Source: Raillietiella orientalis
Lineage: Eukaryota
Assembly (NCBI GenBank): GCA_036172245.1
Contig: JAYWIR010000019.1
Span: 3,596,001 to 3,660,000, forward strand
Length of the DNA: 64,000 bases
Direction of reading: 5' to 3'
Shown in pieces: positions 1 to 15,926 of the stretch. The position numbers and the translations under genes are program-made. The first letter of the stretch is position 1; each line of letters opens with the position of its first letter. A model generated the notes under the pieces. The model saw only the letters and a list, made by a program, of their open reading frames with translations. It did no database searches and had not been told where the DNA came from.

Positions 1-3000
1 CTTCCCAATATCTAGAACTCTGAGAGGGTGAGGTAAAAAAAAAAAAAAAAAAAAGGAAAGCATGCGAGGGTATTGCTGTTCCCGATACAAAAGCGCTCTC
101 GAGCCCTTGATGTGAATGAAGGCTCCGAGGTCCCACAACACCGTGAACAAACCTCCGGCATTCCCTGCGTGGCCGCTACGACAAGGAAATTTTTCTTTCG
201 TCTCCACGCAACCTGCTCTTCCCGTACCGTTCACGGCAGTGTGGGAGTCAAGATAAACAAACGAAGGAAGCGGCTACAAGAATCACAGCGGCGAGCGTGT
301 GCTTCTCATCAAGAACAAACTCACCTCTGGCAAAAAAAAAAAAAAGGAAGAAGAAAAAACGTTCTTTCCGCACCTCAAGAGATTCTTGACGTTTTAGTAG
401 CCGATTTTCCTGGAGGAGATGGTATGACAAAAACATCGCTCGTTCATGAGAGTTGCTGCAAGACAGCTAGCTCAAAAGCACTTCCAGGGCTGAGACGGTT
501 AGCTGGGTGAAAATCTGCTGCCCCAGTCCGCTGGTGCTCTCTTTACCTCTGCGGAAAGCGCAAACTCAAACTGCATTAGGAATAAGCATCGGAGAAAGTT
601 TGTGATGTTGACGGAAGGTCGACCTCCGGGATTTGACAAGATTTTCATACGACTGAGCATAAATCGAGGCTGATTTCTGCAGTTTCTTGAATCAGAAACC
701 GGTGTTTTGATGCTTCCTCTACCAGAAGTAGTGCACGGCGAGGCGAAATATTTCTTCCAGGCAGTTGGGATCGCCATATTTGCTAATGGAAGTTAATCTA
801 AGAGATCCAAACTTTCTTACTCTGAGATGACCTTGCGTGTGTTTTCGCCTTCCCTCTCCGTACAAGGTCGCACGAGATCCGAGCCACCCAATCCACGCTC
901 TTGTCTGTGGTGCGCTTGGTAGCTTCAGTGCTGCTCATGACCCCGGCACCACTAGGATTTCTAGATGGTTCAAGGAAAAACGTGAATAGAGAAACCCAGG
1001 TACTCGACGCTCGCACCTTTCTCGAAGCGGCAGTCAATTTGAGCCAATCAGGGATAGTGACCTGGAATTCTCGGATTAAAATACGCAAAGCATACTAGAT
1101 ATTAATCATCTTTTCAAGAAGGATGGACACCGACGAGCTGATCTTCAGCTGCCAACCAACGAAACGACGCTTCCATGTGTAAAGAGCATTTGCTTCCACT
1201 CCTTATGTTTTTTTTTCTTCTTTCCTTCCTGATAGTGTTTTAGAATTGTGGAATCAGCAGTGTTTACGAGAATCAGGCATCTGGTCTTTATTCTGGATGT
1301 ATTAGGTTTTCAGATCAAGAAATCCCTTTACTGCACTCGCACGCATTCCCTGATCCCGTGAGGTAGGAAAGACGGCAGTTGGAACTTCGTAGATCCTGTG
1401 TCTCGCGAAGGAGGATTCCCTCCATCTTTATGCACTCGTGAATGCAGAGCATAATAGAAGAATGGAATCAGAGAGTGTTCGGGAACCGATGCGCGGTCGT
1501 AGCCATGCCAAGGATGCGCCTGTAACGGGGAAAGGGGAGCAGCTTCTTCCTGGAACAAGACAGGTCACCCCACATTCAGTCCGGAAATCTGGCTCGGTCT
1601 CCAAGGCGTTCCATAAGCGATCATCGCAAAGATATTCAGAAAATTGCTGCTCGGATGAACGGAAACTGCTCCGCATTCCTCACCACGAGGAACAATTTAT
1701 TTTGGCGCCTTTTCCCGTGAACGCTTTTCCATTTCGCGGGAAACTCTTTAGAAAAGTTGGCAGAACCCCTGTTGTTAAGAAAACTTTTTTGGCTCGATGG
1801 TGACAAACAGGGAATCCCAACGGAGGCAGGGATTCATCGGTTTTGATTCAATGAGCGTAAGCGTAAAAACGAGATCATTTTTCTGCAACGGTAACAGTAG
1901 CAGCCTCTTCGTCGTGACCGGTCAGAGGAACTCAACTAAGAAATGTCGGAGGCAGACGTGTTTAATTCTTTCATGCCATTTTTTTTTTTTTTTTTGATCT
2001 GTTAGCATTTTGGGCCGAGCATCCAAGCATCTGTTGTGCAAGGAGAGATGCTCCTCATGGCCCGATATTTCAGATCTGTGCACGAAAATCTGTCACGGGT
2101 CTGCTTTTGCGTCCGCGCTTCGTGTGCATCGCCCTCAGGCTGCTGACTTACTGGTGACGATTTCTTTACAGTCCAGACGGTTTCTTTGCGAGTCGACATG
2201 GCAGGATTCAGCGACGCTGGCCAAGCCACCGTAGGTCCTTTCGCTGGGTTGGTTCCAATTATAACTTTCTGCACGCGCTCTAACTTTACTCCGAAACGTG
2301 GGGTTAACTTACCCAGCAAGAGCTAACTCTAAAAATCCGAGTTTACTTCTTCGGGATTCTTTCGCTTCCCGTTTTCTGCTTTCGGTAAAGGAACGGAGTC
2401 CAAGGTTTGGTCTTCGAGGATTTTCCCCGAGTCGCTGCGTTTGCAAATTTCCTCGAAACCCCGCGTTCTTTTACTTTACGCCCGGTCACCTTCCAGCCCG
2501 TGATTGGCTTTCGGAGACAACTTTATGACACCCAGTCGAGATGAATTAGCCTTGAACAGAAATCCTGAAATCTCCCTTCCTACCGTTGCCATCTACCATT
2601 TCATCCCTACAGCCATTATTCATCCTCAGAATTCATCGTCTGATTATTCCTGATCTATTTGTGATTGGAGGTCCGTGATCGAAGTAATGATTTCTCCATG
2701 ACAGAAGTCCGTCTCTTCAAGGAACGAATCGGCTCAAATTCATCATCGTTGCTCTCTTTATCTTCAACTCTTCTCTTAGATTTTCTCTTGGATTTCTTAC
2801 TCCCTCTTCATCAGTCTCCGTCCAGTCCAGCTTGCTTTTCATTCTGTATGGAATATCTTTAAGACGTGCTTGCTTTGAAGGTCCCAAGTTGTCTGCTCGT
2901 CCACCTCCTCCGTCCACCTGTGTAGTGTTCCTTCGCACAAGGAGCTCCAGTGAAATCTGCCTGAAAGAGCATTTTAGAGTTCCGCCTGGGCCTGTCTGAG

Positions 3001-3899
3001 AACGAGGAATCTCGATGAGCTGGAATGAGCAAACTGCATTCTTTAGCTGGGTTTCACAGCATGATGGCCATCTGTGCGAGATCTATTAGAGATGCACTGC
3101 ACAGATGAGCATCAACGGAACAGAATTTATTATGGCAAGCTGATGGAACGAGCGGCTGAAAACGTGTGTGGGAACGGAGATCCATGGATCGAGTCGAGCT
3201 CTCCTAAGGATTGAGAAACATGTAAGGAAGAAAGGAAACTCGAAGTTCAGGGATGCAAATTAAGGATATTCGGTGATCTGATCGGGATGTTTATCTCTTG
3301 GGCTTCCGAGCAGCTCGGCATAGTGGAATAGATTCATAAGGAAAGTTACTGATTCCCAACCAAAGATTTGAAGTAATCGAAGCACAGCTCGGATCGAAGC
3401 TGTGATCGAAAAAGTTGTGGAGTGAAAAGCACGGTTTGCAATTAAGTGTTCAGTGAAGTGGCAAGAGAATACACGGCGGAAAGTGGTGTGAAATTTTCGA
3501 AAATAGATCATGAGTTTGTTTTCGTTTTTTTGGAAAAAAAAAAAAGGATTAGAAAAGCCTTCTGGTTTTCGCTTTGAGAGAGGAAATTGATCGGGCTATT
3601 TGCTTCTTTTCGAACTTTTCTGTTTCCCATGCAGTGATCCTGGAAATATACATTGCGCCTGCAGGCATCATCTCACGTCTTCAGCGGACGAAGTCGGCGA
3701 GGGCCGACTTGAGATTGAATTTCCCAAAATTGGAATGGAGCATCCACGGACCTATTTGATTTTAGCTTTGGTCTTTCCACGCTAATTCAATGTTAAGTAG
3801 TGCGGTGAAACGTATGGATACCATTAATGCACGTTGGGAAAAGACAAAAAAAAAAAGAAAAGCCTCTTCGAAAAAAGATATGATTCCGGAGTCTGAGGA

Positions 3900-7300
<3,401 letters not shown>

Positions 7301-7449
7301 AAAGGGTTAGTGAGCTCCCTCGTCTGTAGGTGAGCGCAAAGCCGAGCTCGCACTAGCGAAACTGAGATATCGGCTTGGTCGAACCGCATCAGAAAGCATC
7401 CCGCTCCGGAAAGATAACTTCACCAGCGCGTTTCCCAGATGTCTTTCTG

Positions 7450-8300
7450 AGAAGTGCATGGCTCTCTCTCTGCTTATGACCAGAGAGCATTTTTTCTTCT
7501 TCCTTTCCTTCTATTTGCATAATTCCCAGGAAAGCTATTAAGGGGCAACTTTTCATTGTTTCGATGGGTGGTTTCTTGCGTGGAATTCCTGAGGCATCGT
7601 AATGGAGGACTCTTGTTCTCGTGGAAGCAATTGATCCTTTCAATAGATGACCTCGAGGAGGATTTTTTCTTTTCCCCCACAGCATCCAAGTCTCCTGGTG
7701 CTAACGATGGTTTGCTCCTCGAAAGAGTGTTGGTGCGAGAAGAGCTTTCTGCGCGGTATAGTAGGGCCGCGAGATAAGAGAACCCAGAGTTTCAAGGGTC
7801 GTACGAGCACGAATGTTCTGCCGACACGCACGGATACGTCAACATGACTCGTTGGTTCGAGTGTTGCGGATCGCAGCTTCACTTCGGTCAAAGTGTAGCA
7901 GAATCCTCAATCGGAGATCAGGAGGTGCCCATGCTGAACAGTGATAACTGCCAAAGAGTTTGTCTTCCCACTCTGCTTTCCGCTGAGGATTCAGAAAAGA
8001 ATGGTAGCTTTCCAAAAGAGTCTTCAGATGGAGGTTCCTGGATGCAAGACGACATCCAGATGAAGTCTCTACAAGTCGGTGGATTCTTCGACTGAAACCC
8101 AAATGTCCTTTACCTGAAGCAGACCTTTGCACTCCTTGCTTCGCAAGGAGTGCAAAGTTTTCAGGTAGACTTCCTGTTTCCTAGGATACAGAAAGAAGGG
8201 TGGTAGTCAGGATAAATTCTACAAAAGCGCATAGGAGAGCGAAAGCAACACGGCGCAGCACCAAACTCATAGATGTATACGACTTGTCGTGCACAAACTG
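7450..8300 (+). mobile_element. Decayed LINE RT N-terminal fragment
   Basis: SIDDLEEDFFFSPTASKSPGANDGLLLE resembles the conserved pre-RT EExxxA...KSPGxDG motif. Confidence 0.5.
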
Positions 8301-8569
8301 GGCTGTACGTTTGTGTTGCCCCACGTTACTGTGCCTGTTCCAAGGGTAGGCAGCCTAGGCAGTTGCCCAATGTCGGGAGCTCCGAAATCGAAAAGACCTG
8401 CGAAACGCGTAGATGCGAGTGTGGAGCCGGAAAAACGTCCCTTTGAAGCTCTTCCTTTTCTACGCACCCACAAAGTCGGTGCCCAGTGGTGGGAGCAGCA
8501 AACCGACCGCTGGAATCCTTGAATAGCACGTGCAAAAAGCAAGTGAACCGTTTCAGTGGGCCCGATGCG

Positions 8570-10400
8570 TGCATCCGGAGCTGAGATTTACTGCTTGCTC
8601 TTCCGGTTTCTGTCAGTTCCGGGGAAAGAGGCTTTCCTCAATTGAAGCCTAGAAAGAGTGATGTGCGCTCGTCAATGACACAAGAAAGATTGATGGGATC
8701 ACCTGCCATATTTCAGCCGAACATAAAAATCGCCAATGAGCTCGATGTACCGAATTAGCTGATGATGGGGATTGAGAAGATGAAAGCTGAGAATACCGGA
8801 TTTTACGAAAGGGATGTGTTTCGTGTATGTCATGCGATTTGGTCATTCACCTATAGAAAGGACATGCCTGCTGTTGCTGCTTCTTCTCGAATTCCTACTT
8901 ACCGGTCCAATGTTGTATATATAGGGCATAAGAGATACTGGAAAATGAGTTTGTCTAGGGAGCCAGAATGCCTAGGACCTATCCCCGACCCATTTATAGA
9001 TATGGATGCCTCGATGCCTCAATGCCGACACTTCGTTGAATTTTTAAAGTGCTTTCCGTGAGCGCAGATGCATATTCCATGAGTGTCGGAGGTGCAGATC
9101 GGTGCAGCTTCCAGTTTTCATGAAATGCATCTCCTTGTCGATGTTTGTGATCATCTTCTACATTGCGCCTGTGCATGTTTAATTACATAGATGAGTTCTT
9201 GTACCTAACTCGAGCGTCGCACTCATATCCTTCCCTACCGATCCGTTTCAGGTCATGTAGCTGAAGCATAACAGGGAATCCATCACTCGTCATGCCTGTG
9301 CGGAAACTCATGGTATGATCTTTGTACGAGGCATTCTTCCTCGTACCATCGCAGAAAAAAGCCCCGGGCGGTGCATACGAGGTACGCGATCGGCTCGTCC
9401 AGAACAACATAACTCTTTTCCAGGAATCTTCCTCGCAAGAAAGAAAACGCCCGCGTGGTGGTTTCCCCTCTTCAGATATGATGTCCGGTAGCGGCTTCAG
9501 AGCACAGGATGGCAGAAACTTCCTCTTCAGCCATCCTTGGCCTTCCCATAAGAAGAGCGACGTGAATCGCGCAAATGAAGGAAGGCTATCGCTTGTCTCG
9601 TGGCAAGGAACTGCTCTCAAAGCCATGAGAACATCGTGATGCTGTGCTGTCCAGGATCAAATGCTGCTTCATCCGAAACTGTGATCTGGAAGAGCGACTG
9701 GTATTCTTCGACGCCATCTGGACCAGGATTTCAGTCTGTTAGTCTTGCGATCTTGCAATAAACGCACGATTTGCACTTTGGGTATGCCTCATCTTGAGCA
9801 ACATCTGCTAGCAACTTGGTGTGACAGTACATGGTAACGCAAAGCGATACCTTGAGAGCTTTCCTGACCCATTCCACTCGGGCATCTGTCACGCGAAGAC
9901 TCTACTGATGGTGATTCCCTCAACGCTGCTTGAACTGACCGGTAGCAGTGCCTCGCGACAAGCCCGGTTCCTCTCTTGGAGCCCTCTTGCATCGCGTTCT
10001 GGACTCAGTCCCTGAGGAGCACACTGCACAGCGCGTCCCTCCCCTGTTGCCAGCTGCCGCTCCGAAGCGCAAAGCCACAGCGCCATTCGAGACGCTCAGT
10101 GCCATTCGTTGCCAGCCCAAGTGGGAACTGGGAGTTTCCTTCTTCCCTCGCGAGCTCAAGAGACCACGGCTCACGGATGACACGAGACACATTTCTTCTC
10201 GTTTGGGAAATCGAGCGCACTCGGACATTCTTGGGGGCCTCCATGCTCCCAGTCGAAGACGGAAACGTCCGCAGATGTCGAAAATCCGAAAGCATCCAAA
10301 CGCGCTCCATCAGCCGTTGGATCATCGGCGGAATGATGCTGCTGTTTTTTGTCTTGGACTCTTTGAGAAACCTCATGATCATTTCGTAACCTGCATCTTT
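8570..10400 (+). mobile_element. Decayed LINE ORF2 (APE plus RT pieces)
   Basis: In order: DVFRVCHAIWSFTY...SSRI (APE DxWR..H...FTY...SRID), KKAPG, KKSDVNRANEGRLSL (KKGD...NWRPISL) and WELGVSF (YLGVxF). Confidence 0.5.
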
Positions 10401-12506
10401 CTTTCTTTCTTTTCTTTTTTAAGGGGAGTTAGGGAGAGGGGAGCGCGATCAATCACCATTCCTGCTGTTTCCATACCTGTCGTGCTCTTTCAGGTCTTCT
10501 GGCGGGAGTTCTCAGAGTTCCACCGAGTGCCGAGACCACTGACGCGGTTTTCCTCCTTCTAGTACGCTTTCACGAGAGATCAATAGGAGGAGGGGAAAGG
10601 GGAAAGCAATTCCATAACTGCTGTTGATTAAAAGAGAAAGAATGAAAAGAAGAAGAGGGGAAACAATAAAAAAAAAAAAAAAAAACAGTGACGAGAAGCG
10701 CTGAAGAACGACTCGGAGTACCGTGGGGGGGGGGGCAGCACCGAATAAACGAAAACTTTCAAGGAGGCACCGTCGTCACTCGGCTGCTGCACAGCATTCG
10801 GAGAGTGGAAAAATCGATTTGTAGAGCTTCGGAAATGGTTAAGTCCCTCTGCATTCGCTCTTCCCGGAGGCCTCACGTACGTGTGCTCCAGAGAGCAGGA
10901 TTTGCAGCTCTGTAGTAAATGGAAGTTGTCAGGTACTCTCGGAAGAACATGTGTACGTATGTGTGGGAATCTGTACTCGGCACTGGGAATTGCAGCAGTA
11001 GCACGGATGCTGAGGATGTCTAATCCGCGATCCCGGAACTGGAACGAAAGGATCTTAATTATCGCAGGATGGCGACTCAGGAGGAAGAAGAAGAAAAAAA
11101 CTTGGGACGGCTATCGTCGAGACGCTACGCCTCGAGCTCTCCTAACTCTGCTAGTCCTTGCTGACCGTTACTGGACACGTTCGTAGTTAGGGAAGGGAAA
11201 CCGGAGACTTGCAATCGTCAGATATGACCTTGAACAAGGAAAACGCTGTCCAGCAGATGAGATGAGCTCCTGAGATGAGCAGGGAGAAACTCACAAGTAG
11301 CGAGCGCCACTGGAACGCTCATCCGCAAGTAGAGGTAGAGCTGCGAAAGACACGGGTCTTAAGCATATATTAAGGATGGGGGAGGAAGGGGAAGGAGGCA
11401 TCCGCATGACTTCTCGAGATTTTGTAGCGCAGCCTGGGGCGCTTTCAGCGTAAGCGACAGAACGGAGGAGGATAGAATCGGACAGAAGTGCATTAATGGT
11501 CCATTAATGGACAGGCGCGAAGGAACCTGTCCTGGGACAAAGAGACCCAGCGAAGTAGCTCCCATTCACTTTTGCTTTTCGTGGATGAGCAAGCATCATT
11601 ATGGTATCATTCTTTTGGAGCATTTGAAGTCAGCATTTATCCGTTTCCTCAGCCACTGTACAGGTCGTTCACATATCGGCCTCTCCTCGAAGAAATAAAA
11701 AAATGCACATGAAATTCGCACTGCTTTTATTCTTTTGATTGTCGACTTAAACGGACCTTTCAGAATCCTAACCACGTAACAGTTCGTTTAAGCTGTCATT
11801 AAGAAGCGCGAATTTTTCCACGAAAAGGTGACCTGCCGGAAGAAGATATGCCGCGCAAACCCTGGAATCCAGGCAACCACGACGATGAAGATATCCGTGT
11901 GTGTGCTGAGAACATTTGGAAACAGAAGCTCGCATCACCTGCTGGAGGTTACATTGGTGCTTCTGTGCAACACTCGCAGTGTAGGAGTGAGCCGTGACAT
12001 CTCCTTTTGCGGTCACCGACGCTTTCATAACTAAAAGCAGAGAAGTTCCTTCCTTGCTGGAGCCTCGGAGCACTCCTGCTTTCTAGGCTCTCCCTCTCTC
12101 TCGAAAACTCTTTGAAAGATCAAATTACGAGTACCACAAAGAAAACAAAAATGCTATCGGGAAAAATCATTCGATTTAACCTATGCTGTTTCTTTATGAT
12201 GAAAACAGGAAAAAGCGTGCGAATGAATACTTTTGAAAACTTCCTGAACGAATTTTCCTGCATTCATTATAAACTAAGCTTCCTCTTCATTTCTTTGACG
12301 TACTTACTCATCCACTTGAAACCCTAAAGAATTTATAATGATTTTTACATATACTCATCAAGTCTCCGGTATCTTTTTTTTTTAGATATGATAAAATCGG
12401 AATCGGAGAAATAAAATAAATTATAAATTATTAGAACGTTGCATTACTTACGGTTTGCAACGTTATGCCTGTGATTTAATCACTGTTTCGCTCGAAGTTT
12501 AAGGGA

Positions 12507-12654
12507 ATGCATGACGACATGTATTTCTGTATTTCCGTAAGTGACGATATGTATTTCCAAGCATGAAGACATGTATTTCCATGTATAACGACATGTATTT
12601 CTGTATTTCCATATGTGACCATATGCATTTCCATGCATGACGGCATGTGTTCTC
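12507..12654. repeat. Minisatellite: ~22-bp unit forming a 74-bp higher-order repeat x2
   Basis: Units related to atgcatgacgacatgtatttcc are arranged 30-22-22 / 30-22-22. Confidence 0.85.
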
Positions 12655-12749
12655 AATAAGAGCATGTACTTAATAAGGGCAGCGCGGATATGTTGATAGA
12701 GGTGAGTCGTGCATTAGGAATACATGAGCACAGTTTGCAGGTCTTGTGG

Positions 12750-13140
12750 TTTTGGACAGGGGTCCAGCAGCTCAGCTCAGAAGACTCCGGCACACTTTGC
12801 TTACGAAAGTTCTTATGGAGGTTACATTTGTGGACATTTTCAAAGAGCTTTGAGACCTAAAGTTTTTGAAGGTCAGTAAGCCGATGAACGAAGCATTTGG
12901 TGCTCTAAGATTCATGGACAAAAATGTTCCAATGGATAGGGCAGCCTTCTTGCGTTTCGAAAAGCCCAGAAGTTGGGAATTCTCCAAAACTTCATGCTTG
13001 TTCCCTGGTTCCTCGCGGTGTTCAGATACCAATATAAAAGTGTCTCCAATGCAATCACTGAGTAAGGCTGCACTTGATGTCCAAATGCACTGATACAAAA
13101 ACATGAAAAATTTATAAGGAACGCACCTGCATGCAATGCC
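12750..13140 (-). mobile_element. Decayed LINE RT fragment
   Basis: VFVSVHLDIK followed by SGLFETQEGCPIHWNIF, resembling xxLD..KAFD and G..QGCPLSPxLF. Confidence 0.4.
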
Positions 13141-13220
13141 TTATAAATTCCGGAATGCTATTAAAGGGATCCCCTTCAAAATCCCGAATGGCGAAATGGC
13201 GAAAGACCATAAGAAACGAG

Positions 13221-13487
13221 CACGTGCGCTCTCATTCCACGTACATTAATGTGCAAACTCATCTTAATATGCATAGTTATTCATGTCTTTAAGCATACGT
13301 ATTATTAACGGCAATATTATTTTATTAAGATTCAGTGGAATGCATCTTATTAGTAAAATTAATAAGTTGTTGATTATATTGTTGATATACATATTAAAGA
13401 TGATAAGAAATAGATACATATGCTTAGGATATGTAATCATATATGTATGTACCTATTTACATGAAGGTTGATATATGGACTAATGCT

Positions 13488-13521
<34 letters not shown>

Positions 13522-14091
13522 AGCATATACACTTTTTTACAATCTTCATTATACACAGATTCCTCACATAAATGTGTGTGTCTATCGAATTCTTAAAAAT
13601 AAAAAATAATTGTCAAGAAAATAGTGGAAAAAAATCAAAACGCAAACAAATTGATTAAAAACAAAAGAAAATTTGATGTTCATGCTATTCATTAAACATA
13701 CACTTATTATACATGTAAACACATCTACGGAAATGCACACGTATGGATATATGTATACGTACACACACATATATATTTCTCCATATTTATATACATATAT
13801 TTCTCTCTATATACATGTATATGCTTACATTTCTATATATATATTTATACACATATTTACATATATACGTGTGTGCATATTTATTTAAATTATCTGTAAA
13901 CACTGATGCATACAATAAGCATATGTATTCCTTTCTTAAAATCTTCCATGTATGAATCAAAAATATAATCACCCTAACGGAACCTATTAATTTTATTATT
14001 AAGTAGTACGTCACTGAATCTTAATAAATATGAGGAACTACGCATGCTAAAATGAATTTGTATATGAATCCACGTAGAATGAGCACACGTG
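13221..14091. mobile_element. AT-rich foldback / MITE-like element with ~200 bp imperfect terminal inverted repeats
   Basis: The left arm (cacgtgcgctctcattccacgt...ttattaagattcagtg...atacatatgctta, 13221-~13430) aligns to the reverse complement of ~13915-14091. The interior is low-complexity and non-coding. No TSD is visible. Confidence 0.7.
13491..13518. repeat. (TA)14 microsatellite
   Basis: Read directly from the sequence. Confidence 0.95.
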
Positions 14092-15419
14092 TTGATCTCC
14101 TTCCGGGATCGGCACTCCATTGCAGCTATCCTTTCCTGACTTCCCGTAGAATCGCCCGATCTCCACAGCGCGATGGAAGTTTTCTAGCGATGCTCGTATT
14201 GATGGATTCGGAGGATCGGTCGGAATCCAGCATACGCTCTTGACAGCAAAATAAGGATGTTTAGTCGATAGGTCGGTAGGTCGTATTCACGACGGTATTC
14301 TGAACCTAAATGAAATACGAGTCCCAACTAATTGGTTGGCTGTTTTCTCTGCATTTCCCCTAAGTCAGTGCACCTGATTGAGAAGAGCGGAACGCTACAG
14401 ATCAGTAAGGAATAAAGGTTGCAAGATCCCCCCCCCCCCCTCCAGGAGAAAAAAAAAAAAAAAAAATCCTCCGAAGTATCCTAAACCGGTTCTTTTCGTC
14501 GGGCTCAAGATCAGGTGCCGGTGAGCGTTTCGGAGAAGGATGTAGATTTCAGCTTCCATTATGGATCCTGTTCCCAGACGCTTGAACTCCGAGCAGCACC
14601 GTGGGCTTTCCTCGTTCCATAGATTTCAGGGAGTCGGTGCTAGCCTTGGAGTCGCCTCCCTGGAATTCGCCTGAAATCTAAAGAGGAAGGTACTTGGAAG
14701 TTGGTCCAAGACGAAAATAAAACATTTGGAAACTCAACCAACGGGACCACACTCGAAGAAACAGCGGGAGAAACGGTCCAATTTCGGACAATGGAAATGA
14801 TTGAGGACTTTGGGTCCCCATCCCCCCGAGCTGTTGACCTTCTTATTAATTAGGAGGAATTGGCTCCTCGAAAATGGGAATCGAACCCGCTCGATAGAAC
14901 CGAATCCTAGAGCGGATTTCTATTAATCTCTCTCCAAGCCACGATTAGCTACCTAGCTTTTTACAAGACTACACACAAAGACCGCGGATATCCCGTTTCA
15001 ATTCCGTGCACATTCCCTTTGAACGGGAACGCGGCGCTCCATTCATAAGGTGCTTTGTTTCACGTAAATTCACTTAGAGGCCGTCTGATTTCCAATAGAG
15101 CGCAAGGAGCAAGTGCTTTGGTGCCAGATGAGACCTTTACAATCGATGGATCGCACACCTTGCGGGAGTCATGGTGACTTCTTGGATTCTCGAGGATGCA
15201 TGCAAAAATTGAATTTCCTTGTTTTTTTTTTTTTTTGGGGGGGGGGGAGGGGGGTGAAAGGCTCCATACCTCCATGAACTGACGTCTTCCTATCAACTGC
15301 AGGGTTCACTGTAATCTTGCTCCATGTTCCTGTTTTTATTTTTTATTCTTTTTCTTCTCTCTTCAGCAAAGATCTTCGCAAAGGGCCGAAATCTGATTAG
15401 GAGCGCTCCCCCATCTTAT

Positions 15420-15925
15420 TTTCAAACCCTCTTTTCCAAATAGGCTCCGTGCTTTCCTTGGCTTTGCGCCATCCAGGACGTTTCATGAACCCGCTTCCCT
15501 TCTCGGCAGATTCCTCCGCCAGCAAACGAATTCGCCGAAATTTCTCCGTGCAACCGCCGCGAGTCGGAAGGCATCCGCAGCGACCGCCTTACCGTCCCGA
15601 AACTTTCTGTCCATCCAAAGACTCTCCTCTGGGACGAACACGCAGGAGCTGGTTGGATCCTGCAAGACCCGGACCGCATAGCAAACGAGATGGGTTCGTC
15701 CGGGCTCGACGGCTTCCCCGTGCACGCGAGAGTGAGCAGCACACCACCGTGCGTGCCGTCCGAAACCTGCACTGCCTGTTCTAGTCGAAAGCGCCTTACG
15801 AAGCTCATGAAGTCTTCTCGCAGGGCAGCAGCTCTCGGCTTTCCTCTTTTTGGGTGGGGTTCGCCAACTGCTGAAGAACCGTCCGCCTGGGGCTTTGGAT
15901 CACCATGCCTGGGGACTCCTTTGAC
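15420..15925 (-). mobile_element. Possible LINE APE endonuclease fragment abutting SINE copy 1
   Basis: FMSFVRRFRLEQAVQVSDGTHGGVLLTL resembles APE LxQxV..PT..G..LDL. Confidence 0.3.
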
Positions 15926-15926
15926 G

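Noticed and set aside
14876..14888. B-box-like GGGTTCGATTCCC on the minus strand (tRNA?)
   Set aside because: No acceptor, D or anticodon arms could be folded around it.
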